A DNA stretch of 64,000 nt from the NCBI GenBank assembly GCA_045863235.1, contig BTUM01000039.1:8025-72024 (forward strand). Reading direction: 5' to 3'. The DNA is from Candidatus Xenobia bacterium (GTDB lineage: Bacteria > Vulcanimicrobiota > Xenobia > Xenobiales > QWHO01). Below are positions 47,633 through 58,938 of this stretch, piece after piece; the first letter of the stretch is position 1; each line of letters begins with the position of its first letter. The position numbers and the translations under genes were made by a program. The notes below the pieces were generated by a model. That model was not told the origin of the DNA. It did no database searches and worked only from the letters and a program-made list of their open reading frames with translations.

Positions 47633-48807
47633 TGCGCGTTCTTTTCATCGGCGGAGCCGGGCTGATGGGCTCGGGCAGCATCCGCGACATGCTCGACACC
47701 AGCCCTCACGAGATCATCGCAGCTGACTCCAGTGAAGAGCGGCTCTCCCGCCTGCCGGACCACCAGCGGCTGAGGACCCGGGTGCTGGACGTCTCCGACC
47801 GCGCGGCCCTGCTGGCCGCCCTGCAAGATTGCGACCTCTGCGTCAACGCCGTGCCCACCTTCGCTGGCTACCAGATGGCCATCTTCGAGGCCTGCCTCGA
47901 GGCCCGGCGGGCCTACACCGACTACGGCGGCATGGGCGTCTACACCGTCAAGCAGAAGGCCATGCACCAGGCCTTCGAGCAGGCGGGGGTGACGGCGGTG
48001 GTGGGCCTGGGCGCCGACCCGGGCCTCTCCAACGTGATCTGCCGGGCGGTGGCCGACCGTCTGGACTCGATCGAGAAGATCAACCTCTACTGGACGGGCG
48101 TGCGCATCGGTCCGGAGAGCCCGGTGCTGGTGCCCGCCTACAGCCTGTCCACCATCTTGTCCGAATATGCTAACCCCAGCATGCAGTTCCTGGACGGCGA
48201 GCTGCGCGAGGTCCCGGCCCGGGGCGGGGTGGAGACGCTGGACCTGCCCGAGCCGTTCGGCCGCACTACCTTCCTTTTCACCCAGCACTCCGAGCCCCTG
48301 ACCATCCCGTTCGCCAGGGGGATCGCCGAGAAGGGGATCCGCGAGTTCACCTGGCGTCTCGCCCTGCCCATCCAGGACCACCAGGCCTACGTGGCTCTGG
48401 CCCGGGCCGGCTTTGGCGACTACGACACCCCGGTGAGCGTGCCGGGAGGCACGGTCAAACCGCTCGACGTGTTGCAGGCGGTGATGGAGCGCCAGCGCCA
48501 GCGCACCCCTCCCCCCGCTTACGAAAGCCACGAGATCCACTTTGCGGTGGGGGTGGGCCAGCGCCAGGGGCGGGCCACCCGGGTCACCGCCCGCGTCATC
48601 GGGCGCCCCCATCCGGCCTACGAGCCTTACGCCGACGCGGCCACCTCCATGTTCTTGTCCATCGGCGTGCAGCAGATGCTGGACCGGCCGCTGGTTCCCG
48701 GGGTGTGGGCCCCGGAGGAGTGCTTCGACCCGGACGCTTTCCTGGCCGAGGTGACCAGGCGCCACTTCGAGGTGTCCATCGAAACCGTCAGCACGGAGGC
48801 GTTCTAG
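47632..48807 (+). CDS. Saccharopine dehydrogenase-family oxidoreductase
   Basis: GGAGLMG Rossmann motif, GLGADPGLSN, HSE, GVWAPEE. TGATG overlap. Confidence 0.88.
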   Translation: MRVLFIGGAGLMGSGSIRDMLDTSPHEIIAADSSEERLSRLPDHQRLRTRVLDVSDRAALLAALQDCDLCVNAVPTFAGYQMAIFEACLEARRAYTDYGGMGVYTVKQKAMHQAFEQAGVTAVVGLGADPGLSNVICRAVADRLDSIEKINLYWTGVRIGPESPVLVPAYSLSTILSEYANPSMQFLDGELREVPARGGVETLDLPEPFGRTTFLFTQHSEPLTIPFARGIAEKGIREFTWRLALPIQDHQAYVALARAGFGDYDTPVSVPGGTVKPLDVLQAVMERQRQRTPPPAYESHEIHFAVGVGQRQGRATRVTARVIGRPHPAYEPYADAATSMFLSIGVQQMLDRPLVPGVWAPEECFDPDAFLAEVTRRHFEVSIETVSTEAF

Positions 48808-48809
48808 CC

Positions 48810-50300
<1,491 letters not shown>

Positions 50301-52172
50301 GGTTTTAGCTCCCGAGCCAGCAGATAGGCCACCGTGTAGATCGTCTGCATCGGATTCACCCCCACCGAGGCGGGGAAAATGCTCGCGTCCAATACGTACA
50401 GATCGGGGTGCCCGAGCACCTGACCGTGGGCGTCCACCACCTGCCCGATCTTGCAGGTTGCCTGGATGTGCGCTGAAGACAGCAGCGTCTTCCCGGGCAC
50501 GAACTGCAGCCGCTCCTCCACCATCCGGGCCTGCTCCTCGCTCTCGAGCAGCCAGGGCACTTCCGTGGTCGGCAGGATCACCTTCGTGGCCCCGGCTCGG
50601 AAGTGAATCCGCACCGCCTGCGCCACCCCCCGCGCCAGCCTGCGCCGATCCTCGGAAGACAGCGAGTACTCCACCGTCCCATCGGCCAGCACGCGATTGG
50701 AATTCGAGACCTCGTCCACCAGCATCACCCCGAAGCCCGCCATCCGGGGATACTCCCGCATCAGCTCGTGCACCTGACCCGGGATCAGGTTGGCCACATA
50801 TTCCGGTCCCCCGCTCATCGCTTCCAGCAACGTGAACTCGTCGTTCTCCACGTAGACCGAGGCGGGCGTCCCTTTCCAGTTCTCGATCAATCCGGGGTAG
50901 ATCCCGATCAACGGTATCGAGGGGTGCAGCACCACCCCCGACCCCGCCTCGATGCCGCTGCGTTGCAGGAGCACGGCTGTCCCCAGGGCCCCCGCGCACA
51001 ACACGACCTTGCGCGCCTTCAGCCGGTAGCATCCTCCAGCCGGCAGCCCGAGTCCCGCTGGGTCCTTCCAGGCGTAAGGCCAGGGCGTCCGCGTCGTCAG
51101 CTCGAGCTGCCCGTCGACCACGCGGGTCACTTCGGTATCGCTCAGCAGTCCCACCCCCGAGCGCAGAGCCGGCAGCAGCAGGCACTCGACCGGCGAGCGT
51201 TTGTCCGTGACCGGGTCGGGTGACCGGCCGGGGGGCCAGGTGTTCAGCGCGTAGAGCGAGGGCTTCAACCCCACTGCCTCGGCGCCACGGTAGAGCACCG
51301 CGTTGTTCTCATTCATCTCCTGCAACGAAAGCGTCCGGGTCCCCAGCTGAGACACCACCCAGGCGTAGCCCTCCGCCAGGGGCAGCTCCAGTCCCCACCT
51401 GTCGAAACGCTTCTGCACGCGAGGCAGGGTCGGAGCGAAAGCCAGGTCCACGTTGACCGTGGCGCCCCCTCCGACGCCCCGACCGCGTTGCACATAGACC
51501 GACCCGTTGCGCGTAAAGTGGGCCTCTTTGAAGGCCGGCACCCGGCGGGCGTCCAGGCTGCCCGGCACCGGCATCGACCCCGCCTCTACCACCACCACCC
51601 GATACCCCCGAAGGCTCAGGACGCGGGCAGCCACGCAGCCCGCCGGCCCGCTGCCCACGATGGCAAAGTCGATGGGACCGTCCACTCGCACCACTTCATC
51701 CCCCTGCAGGGCCAGCACGCGCGGCAGCGGGGGAGGGGCGGGCGCACTCACGACCGCGGGGGCCTGGATCGGCGCCCCCGCTCGCGCCCGGCCCGCAGGA
51801 GTGGAGTAGTAGGCCCCCAGGTACAGCCGCCGCAGCGCAACCGGGTCGCCCTTCTCCAGCAGCCCGCTGTCCCGAGCGACAGGCCAGAGGGCCTCCTCCT
51901 GCGAGGTATCGGGCAGATACTCCAGGACCAGGCGATGGTGAAGCTCGCGCGTCTCTTGAGCCCCGGCCGGGACCAGCAAGACGAGGAGGATGAGCAGCCA
52001 GCGAACCATCTTCACATTCTGGGGCAGGGGGCGGAAAGAAAGCTGGAAAGCTCAGGCTTTCAAGGCGAGGGAACGCCCTCTACGCAGGCTCGCGCGAGGA
52101 CGTAGCCTGCTCGCGCGGGTCGATAGCCCCGCGCGAGTTGTCTACGCGGGCACGGGCGCGGATGGGCCTGGC

Positions 52173-52202
52173 TTGCCGAGTATAACATCACAATGTTATA
52201 CT
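52173..52202 (+). promoter_or_regulatory. Promoter with overlapping 10-bp inverted-repeat operator
   Basis: TTGCCG (52173-52178), 18 nt, TATACT (52197-52202) preceded by TG. AGTATAACAT-caca-ATGTTATACT at 52179-52202. Confidence 0.8.
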
Positions 52203-52212
52203 TTGATCAATC

Positions 52213-53526
52213 ATGCTACATTCTGATGGGCTAAGCGAGATTCTCCAGTCATACAACCCCTGGTGGCAGACCGGCACCTTTGCAATCCCGGGGTATCCCT
52301 GTCGTCGCTCCCTGCAGCAGGTCGCCCTCGAGCACGTCCAGGAGGAGCCGCGGCGGGCGCTTCTGATTCGCGGTCCGCGCCAGGTCGGCAAGACCGTGCT
52401 CTTGCTGCAGGTCGCCGAAGACCTGCTCCGAGCGGGGTTCCCGGCCTCGAGGCTGCTCTATTTTCGCTTCGACGACGAGAGACTCCCGGCCGGAGTCTCG
52501 CTTCGCACGATACTGAGCCGATTTGAGCCGGCGGATGAGACCCACCCGGTGGTCTGTCTCCTGGACGAATTGACGGGAGCCGAGGAGTGGTCCCGGGGAC
52601 TCAAGCTGGCCGTCGACCGGGGGGGCTACCGGGTGCTGGCCACCGACTCGTCGGCTCGATTGTTGCGACTGGGCAGACAGGAATCAGGCGTGGGCCGCTG
52701 GGACGAGCTGGAGATGGAGACGCTGACTTTTCGCGAGGCTCTCACCTTTCAGGCGCGTCCGGGAGAGACCCCCGAGTCGGTGCTCAGGCGTAGCTCGGGC
52801 GTTCTGTACCGCTTCTTGCGAGCCGGCGGCTTTCCCGAGCACCTCTTGAGCGAGGACCTGCGCCGGGTGGATGAGCGTCTGCGAAGCGACGTATCCGACC
52901 GGGTGATCGGGCGCGACCTGATCGGCTACGATGTGGCCCGGGTTCAGCGACTGTTTGCTTACCTGGCCCGTACCTCCGGGGGCCTGGTGAGTTACGCCGG
53001 GTTGGCCGGCGAGTTGGAGGCCGATCAGCGCAGCGTCAAGGACTGGATCGGCGCGCTCATCCAGTCCATGCTGACCTTCCCTCTCGAGCGCCTGGCCACG
53101 CGCGCCTCACAATCATTGCGCGAGCGGCGCAAGCTTTACGTCGCCGACCCCGGACTGGTGTGCGCCTTCTCGACCGCGCCCGACCCCCTGGCCAGCGGGG
53201 AGGTGCTCGGGCGCGCCCTGGAGACCCTGGTCTTCAGAGAGCTTCGCGAGCTCTGCCGCAGGGAAGGTGGTCAGCTCTCCTTCTATCGCGACGCCAAAGG
53301 CCAGGAGGTCGACTTTGTCTGGGACGGGCCCCGGGGAGTCGCCCTGCTCGAGGTCGGAAGCCGCTATCGAGCCGAGAAGGCCGCTCGGCTCGACAGCCTG
53401 CGCGCCAAGCTCAAAGCTCGGGTTGCCTGCCAGCTCCATCCCGGGCCCCTCCGGGACGGACCGCGCTCGCGCACTCTGGAAGAGCTCTTCCTGGCTCCGG
53501 ACTCCCTCTGGGAGGGCGCACCTTGA
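52213..53526 (+). CDS. AAA+ ATPase (AAA_14) with DUF4143-type C-terminal domain
   Basis: YNPWW, Walker A GPRQVGKT, Walker B LLDE, LTFRE, GGFPE, KLYVADPG, EVDFV...LLEV. Confidence 0.92.
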   Translation: MLHSDGLSEILQSYNPWWQTGTFAIPGYPCRRSLQQVALEHVQEEPRRALLIRGPRQVGKTVLLLQVAEDLLRAGFPASRLLYFRFDDERLPAGVSLRTILSRFEPADETHPVVCLLDELTGAEEWSRGLKLAVDRGGYRVLATDSSARLLRLGRQESGVGRWDELEMETLTFREALTFQARPGETPESVLRRSSGVLYRFLRAGGFPEHLLSEDLRRVDERLRSDVSDRVIGRDLIGYDVARVQRLFAYLARTSGGLVSYAGLAGELEADQRSVKDWIGALIQSMLTFPLERLATRASQSLRERRKLYVADPGLVCAFSTAPDPLASGEVLGRALETLVFRELRELCRREGGQLSFYRDAKGQEVDFVWDGPRGVALLEVGSRYRAEKAARLDSLRAKLKARVACQLHPGPLRDGPRSRTLEELFLAPDSLWEGAP

Positions 53527-54638
53527 GCGAGTTGCCGCTGGGTCAGAGCGAAAGCTCAAAGCTGGAGTTCAAGTCGGGCGAGGTCTTGAAGGACCCGAGT
53601 AAGGTTGGCCGGGAGGTCGTGGCCTTCTTGAATGCGGCCGGGGGGGTTCTCTGGGTGGGCCTGGAGGAGGAGCAGTCCAGAGCCGTGCGCGTTTCGCCCC
53701 TTCCCGATCCGGAGCAGGCCCGAAGGAGGCTGCTCGATTACCTTGTGGACACGGTCGAGCCCACCTTGAACGACACCGAGCTCAGGAGCCGGGTCGTCGA
53801 GGGAGCGATCCGGCTCGAGCTGAGGCCCGGAAAGGAGCGGGGACCGTACTGCCTGCTCGGCCGAGACGGCCGGCTCTTTGTCAAGCGGGTCGATGCGCGC
53901 ACTCGCCCCATGACCCGCGAGGAGATCAGGGACGGTTTTCGAGGCCCGGGTGCCGCCGAAGAGTCCTGGACCAGCCGCTTGAGCAAGGAGCGCAAGAAGT
54001 GCCAGGGGGAGATGCTGTGGCTGGGATTTCTTCCCCGGCCCGAACTCGAGCTTGACCTCGATGAAGTGGAAGGGCTGCTCCGCGACCCGGCCCGCACCGG
54101 CAACCGCCGGGACGGCTGGAGCTTCGCCAACGAGTATGGCGAAGTTCGTCGCCGCAAGGAACGCCTCGAGAAGGTGGGCGAGGAGGATTGGCGACTCGAG
54201 GTGCATCGCTCGGGTCTGATCGCGCTTCGTCTCCCACTCGTGCACCTCTACCGTCAGGGCCCGGAGCGAACCTTCTGGCCCCCGGCCCTGCTCGAGCACC
54301 CGACCTCAGTCTTCCGGCTGGCCAGGACGGTCTATGGCCCCCACGAGCCCGAGGAGGTCGCCGTGGATCTGGCTTTGCTGGGCGTGGCCGGATGGACGCT
54401 TCGCCCTTATACGGTGAGCAGCATCCGGTTTCAGGTGGGGGATGTGGCCCCCTTTTACGAGGAGCAGGACCTGATCTGGTCGCGGCCCCTCCTCTACAGC
54501 TGGAGCGAGCTCGAGCAGAATCCCGACCGCTGCGCGTACCGCTGGATCCGACTGGTGTATGCGGCCTTCGGATACACCGAGAGCCAGATTCCGGTTGAGT
54601 TTCACCCTGAGCGTGGGCTCAGCTTTACCAGGCGGTAA
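53523..54638 (+). CDS. Schlafen/AlbA_2-domain protein with unknown C-terminal domain
   Basis: ESSKLEFK, VAFLNAAGGVLWVG, FVKR...TRPMT.EEI. TTG start overlaps the ATPase TGA. Confidence 0.88.
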   Translation: MSELPLGQSESSKLEFKSGEVLKDPSKVGREVVAFLNAAGGVLWVGLEEEQSRAVRVSPLPDPEQARRRLLDYLVDTVEPTLNDTELRSRVVEGAIRLELRPGKERGPYCLLGRDGRLFVKRVDARTRPMTREEIRDGFRGPGAAEESWTSRLSKERKKCQGEMLWLGFLPRPELELDLDEVEGLLRDPARTGNRRDGWSFANEYGEVRRRKERLEKVGEEDWRLEVHRSGLIALRLPLVHLYRQGPERTFWPPALLEHPTSVFRLARTVYGPHEPEEVAVDLALLGVAGWTLRPYTVSSIRFQVGDVAPFYEEQDLIWSRPLLYSWSELEQNPDRCAYRWIRLVYAAFGYTESQIPVEFHPERGLSFTRR

Positions 54639-54985
54639 GTCGCTAGCGCTGCGCAAGCCCCTGCGTCAAGGCCTCGGGCGTGAGCCCGGCCTGAGGCTCA
54701 ATCAGCAACCGGCAACCTCGGGTGGGTTCAGGACCTCCAGAGTCAGCACCTGGAGGACGCGCTGACCTGGTCGTTCTGCAAGTTCAGGATCGAGGCGACA
54801 AATTGCCAGGCCTCCGCTACCCCTGGAGACACGCCCGTCGAATCGAACCTCCCTCGAGCATCGGCTCAATCATGGGAGAACCCACGTCGAGTCGACGACG
54901 CTGGCAACTCCCTTCATTGCTGGAATCGGAAGTCCCGGCGGCGCGCGCGATGGTTCCTGAACAGGGCTACAGCCAGGCTCGTCGG

Positions 54986-56884
54986 TCAGGAGACCGCTCG
55001 CCAGGCCTTCCCGCCGATCCGGGTCTCGTCTCGGAACACCCGGTAAGCCTGCCCCCCTCGGATGCCGACCTCCCAGAGAATGCTCCCCTGCTCCTCGCGG
55101 CGGGCCTTCATCGTGCCCCCGTGCAGGTGACCCTGGTGGTGCACGTCGCACACGCCGGCCAGGTTGGCGTCCTCGTTGCCTCCACCGTGGGAGCGAAACT
55201 CCAGGTGGTGCTGGTGCAGAAAGGCTCGCCGGGTGCAGCCCGGCACCTGGCAGCGGTAGTCGCAGGCTTCCATGATGCGCCGCGTGCGCGCCCTCATCTG
55301 TCGGTCGGCCTTCTGCCATGTCGCCATGAAGCCGGCCAGGAACATCCGCAGCGCCGCCGAGCAATCGCTTGCCCCGTGGGACCGGGCCGCCGCCTCGGCC
55401 GCCTCGAGCACCGGCAGCACCTCGGAGGGCACCTTCACCTGCAGACTGACCGTCCGCTCTCCGCCGCGGCGATCCGTCAACGTTGGAAGCCAGGCCATGG
55501 CTCGACCGATGGCCAGGCTCAACGGGCCGCCGAGCCCCGGAACCAGCACCGGCCTCCAGTCACGGCGGGCTTTGAGCCGGATGGCCGCCGGCCGCTCTTT
55601 GGGCGGAGCGTAGCCCGAAAGCCGGAACGACTCGCGGTCGGCCTCGGCCAGATCGCAGCAGGCCTTCGCCACCGCCTCGAGGTGACGGCAGGTGGTCGAC
55701 TCGGCAAACTCCACCCAGGCCCCATCGAAGCTGTCGTGCACTTCGGCCAGAACCGGGAAGAGCCGGTCCGCCTGCGACAGCGTCAGGCGCCCTTCCCGCA
55801 CCGCATCGTACACCAGCGGGTGGTGCAGGAACCCTCGCTCGCGAGCGATCATCCGGTGCACCGAGCTCGAGGACAGGCCCAGCCGCTCCAGCGCGTAGTG
55901 CTTGAGCCCCGCGAACCCCGCGTCGCGCCACAGGCTCATCCGGTCGAAGGTGAACAGCATCCGCCCCAGGTCGAGCTGCAGCCGGCGCCGACAGAGAGTC
56001 AGCTGGTCGATCGCCGCCTGGCGCTGGTGGGGGTCCTCCGGCAGGGGGGCTCGCATCTCGGTGCTCAGCTCCACGGCCACCGGCTCCCACTCGAGGAAGT
56101 CCCAGCGGGCGAACTCTTCCTCCAGAACCTTCCACAGCTCGGCCATCCGCTGGCGGCGCTCGTCGGGGTCGGTGCCCGCGCGAGGCGGCTCGGAGGGAAC
56201 TGGCTCGTCGCTCGCCACCGGGTGCGGCCCGGCCAGGAACTCGGCCGCCAGGAACTCGAGCAGCTCCCAGTCTTTCAGGTCGGCCCCCGCCACCCGCCCG
56301 GCTACCTCGCGCGCAAGCTGCCAGTCGAGCAATTCGCCCGGGGTCAGGCGGTAGCGGCGGACTTCGCGGGCAGGCGGCACGGCCAGCACTTCCGGTCCAT
56401 CCTCGACGGGCTTGTCCGAGGCGAGCTTCAGCGCTTCCTCCAGCCCGCGCACCGTCAGCTCGCGGGCCCGGGACACCCACTCGCCTTCGTGGCCAAGCTT
56501 CGGAAGATAGCTCTGCAGCAACAGCGCCTGGCACTCGCTCAAGGCCCCTTCCAAGAAGGCCTCGCGCACCAGCGGGAACTTGTCCATCCGACGAAAGAGG
56601 CGCACCATCCGCTCAACCGTGCTCAGGCTCATGCCCAGCTCCTCGCGGCAGTAGTCGCCCGGGTTGGAGTAGCCCAGCGCCGAGTAGCCCTTCTTCTGCA
56701 GCATCGGCGCCAGCGCTTCCCCCAGCCTGAGGCTCAGTCGCGCGTCGGCGTGGGCGAGCTTCCACATCTCGGTGTCCAGGAACAGCCCGCCCAGGCTGCG
56801 GTCGATGCCGCGCATGGTCTGGCGGTCCGGCACCTCGAGGGCGCCGGGCTCGACCGTGGGGGCTTCCTCCAGCACGTAGAGCAC
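54986..56884 (-). CDS. DUF222-like HNH endonuclease
   Basis: C-terminal RCQVPGC...HHLEFRSHGGGNEDANLAGVCDVHH. Duplicated helical N-terminal module. Confidence 0.88.
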   Translation of the reverse strand: MLYVLEEAPTVEPGALEVPDRQTMRGIDRSLGGLFLDTEMWKLAHADARLSLRLGEALAPMLQKKGYSALGYSNPGDYCREELGMSLSTVERMVRLFRRMDKFPLVREAFLEGALSECQALLLQSYLPKLGHEGEWVSRARELTVRGLEEALKLASDKPVEDGPEVLAVPPAREVRRYRLTPGELLDWQLAREVAGRVAGADLKDWELLEFLAAEFLAGPHPVASDEPVPSEPPRAGTDPDERRQRMAELWKVLEEEFARWDFLEWEPVAVELSTEMRAPLPEDPHQRQAAIDQLTLCRRRLQLDLGRMLFTFDRMSLWRDAGFAGLKHYALERLGLSSSSVHRMIARERGFLHHPLVYDAVREGRLTLSQADRLFPVLAEVHDSFDGAWVEFAESTTCRHLEAVAKACCDLAEADRESFRLSGYAPPKERPAAIRLKARRDWRPVLVPGLGGPLSLAIGRAMAWLPTLTDRRGGERTVSLQVKVPSEVLPVLEAAEAAARSHGASDCSAALRMFLAGFMATWQKADRQMRARTRRIMEACDYRCQVPGCTRRAFLHQHHLEFRSHGGGNEDANLAGVCDVHHQGHLHGGTMKARREEQGSILWEVGIRGGQAYRVFRDETRIGGKAWRAVS

Positions 56885-56890
56885 GATTCA

Positions 56891-56919
56891 AGTATAGCCG
56901 GTCGGGCTGATCCTGTCCA
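56891..56919 (-). promoter_or_regulatory. Promoter for a probably leaderless HNH transcript
   Basis: TGGACA (56919-56914), 17 nt, TATACT (56896-56891), 6 nt before GTG at 56884. Confidence 0.7.
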
Positions 56920-57084
56920 ATCGGGCGATGGGGGAAAATGGCTTTGTGGAGCCGTTTCATTGGCGCGTTTGAAGTGTGCTGCGGGGGCTTCTATGGGGGT
57001 CGGGAGAGGAAAATCTCTCAAAGTGCGTTGGAGGGCAGGGATGGCCCCTTCTCGGGCCAGGGAGGGGGGCTGCGGACGCAGGGT

Positions 57085-57375
57085 CTGACTGGTGAGATTG
57101 ACGATGCGACATGTGAAGAAATCTTGGCGGAGCGACTCGTTTCTGGCGAGGCATTACCAATGGGAGCTGCGCCTGCAGGCTCCCGACGAGTTGACTTCCG
57201 CTCAGAAAAGCCGGGCTCGGAAGCCTACCGGGCCGAGCTCGAGCTTGAAGTCGAGTTCTATCCTGACGGAGCGTGCAACACGCTTCACAGCACGAATACC
57301 CAGGACAGTGAGTTGGAGGATGTTTCCTTTTCTCAGGTGCTGAGCCTGGTCGAGACTGTAGGGGTCAGCTACTAA
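57085..57375 (+). pseudogene. Possible 5'-truncated acidic gene fragment
   Basis: The frame of ORF 56938..57375 becomes protein-like only from LTGEIDDATCEE. No convincing start or RBS. Confidence 0.3.
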
Positions 57376-58180
57376 AGGAAGCGGAGCTCTTGCTAGCCGT
57401 AGCGAGAGAAAGAGGCTACAATATCCGTGAATTCGGTTCATTGATAGCAAACCCCTCAGTGGGCCGCCAGGGAGAGACGAACACGATTCGCACGTGATCC
57501 AGGGTTGGAAAGGCGATGTGCGGCTCGCTCAGAAAGCGGCCAAACGAGAGGGAAAACCGGATGTGGTGGATCCGATCCGAGGAGCGTGCCGGTGCTCGTC
57601 GGTCTTTCGAGTGGCGGACGCAAGAAGGCTGGAAAGATTGAGATACAGGCTCATCGCGTGGCAGAGATACGACGGGGGCTGGGAGAACATCGAAGCGGTC
57701 TATGAGGACCCCGATATTGGGGTGACTCGCTTCCGACCCAGTGCCAGATGGGCGTTCCGGCAGCGAAGACTCGCCTCGAGGACGTTCAAGCCGAAGTTGC
57801 GCGAGAGCCTGGGCAGCAGGGCAGGTTGAAGATTTCCCCGGTCTACGAATACGCCGGGCCGTTTGACCCAATCGAGCCTGACATCCTTTTTGAGGAGGTC
57901 CCAGCTCCTGTCCCTGAAGCGTAGAGGAAGAACTACCGTCGCTTAGGACCCGGGCCCCCGGCCGAAACCCGGGGGCTCATTCTTTCCCGGAGGGTGGCCT
58001 ACCCCCGGAGGCGGCGCTCCCCCCGTCACCTTAGGGCCCGGTCGAGCAGGTGGCCGAGCCTTACCGGGCTTCCGGCCGCCAGGGAGGACACCTACTCTGC
58101 CACCACGGAAAGAAGACCAGGTCGGTACGTCGCACGTTGGCAGGGCGCGCGAGGTGGGAGCATCTCCCTGCGGCCCGGAA

Positions 58181-58856
58181 TCAGGAGGATGAGTAACCCC
58201 CACCGGCGGGAAGCTCCATGATGGCGGCGAGAACTCGCCGGAGGGGAGAGGCGAGATCTCGCCATGGCCAGGCAGAAAATTTCTCCTGCGAAGCATTGTC
58301 CTTCAGTTTAAGTCGGCCAGTGGTCACCAGAACTGCGGCGTTCCCGCGCCAGCGCCCTCTGAGCTGCCCCCTGTCCTCAAAAGCGCAGCACCAGATTGGC
58401 TCAAGGCCCGTACACTCTGTCATCGTCAGCTCCTGGGCGTCTGCCAGGAAGGGGTCTGTCAAGTCGAAGTGGGTGCTCCTTGACCTCATCGAGCTCCTGG
58501 CTGAGGGGCTCCGGCGTGGTGCCGGTGTAGGCCACCCACCGTGGTTGAGCCCGCTCGATCAACTCGGGAATACCCAGAGCGTGATCGCGGTGAGGATGGG
58601 TCAAAATGAGCCCGGGAGGGGACTCGTTCCCCAGGCGAAAGCGCTCAAAGAGATTCCACAGGGGGTAATCCCCGCTCTTTACGCGACAGCCATCGACCAG
58701 GAGCCAACCGCTCTGGGGAAGAGCGACTGCCACTGCTTCTCCCTGCCCGGGACCGGCAACGAAAAGGTACAGCAGGCTGCGGTCGAGCTCGTCCAACTCG
58801 CTCAGCAGCCGGGGCTCAGTCGAGCTCGACCGCCCGGACGAGGCAGGGATAGACAT
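58181..58856 (-). pseudogene. Truncated/frameshifted MBL-fold (ComEC/Rec2-like) hydrolase
   Basis: GPGQGEAV, LLVDG and LILTHPHRDH, then the frame ends at 58401. Protein-like sequence continues in another frame from about 58480. Confidence 0.65.
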
Positions 58857-58938
58857 CGGCGAAAGTGCGGCCGCAGTGGTCCAGGTTGAACCAGACCGGA
58901 GCCACCGGCCAAAGTCAGAAAGCCCGGACCTGGCCGCC

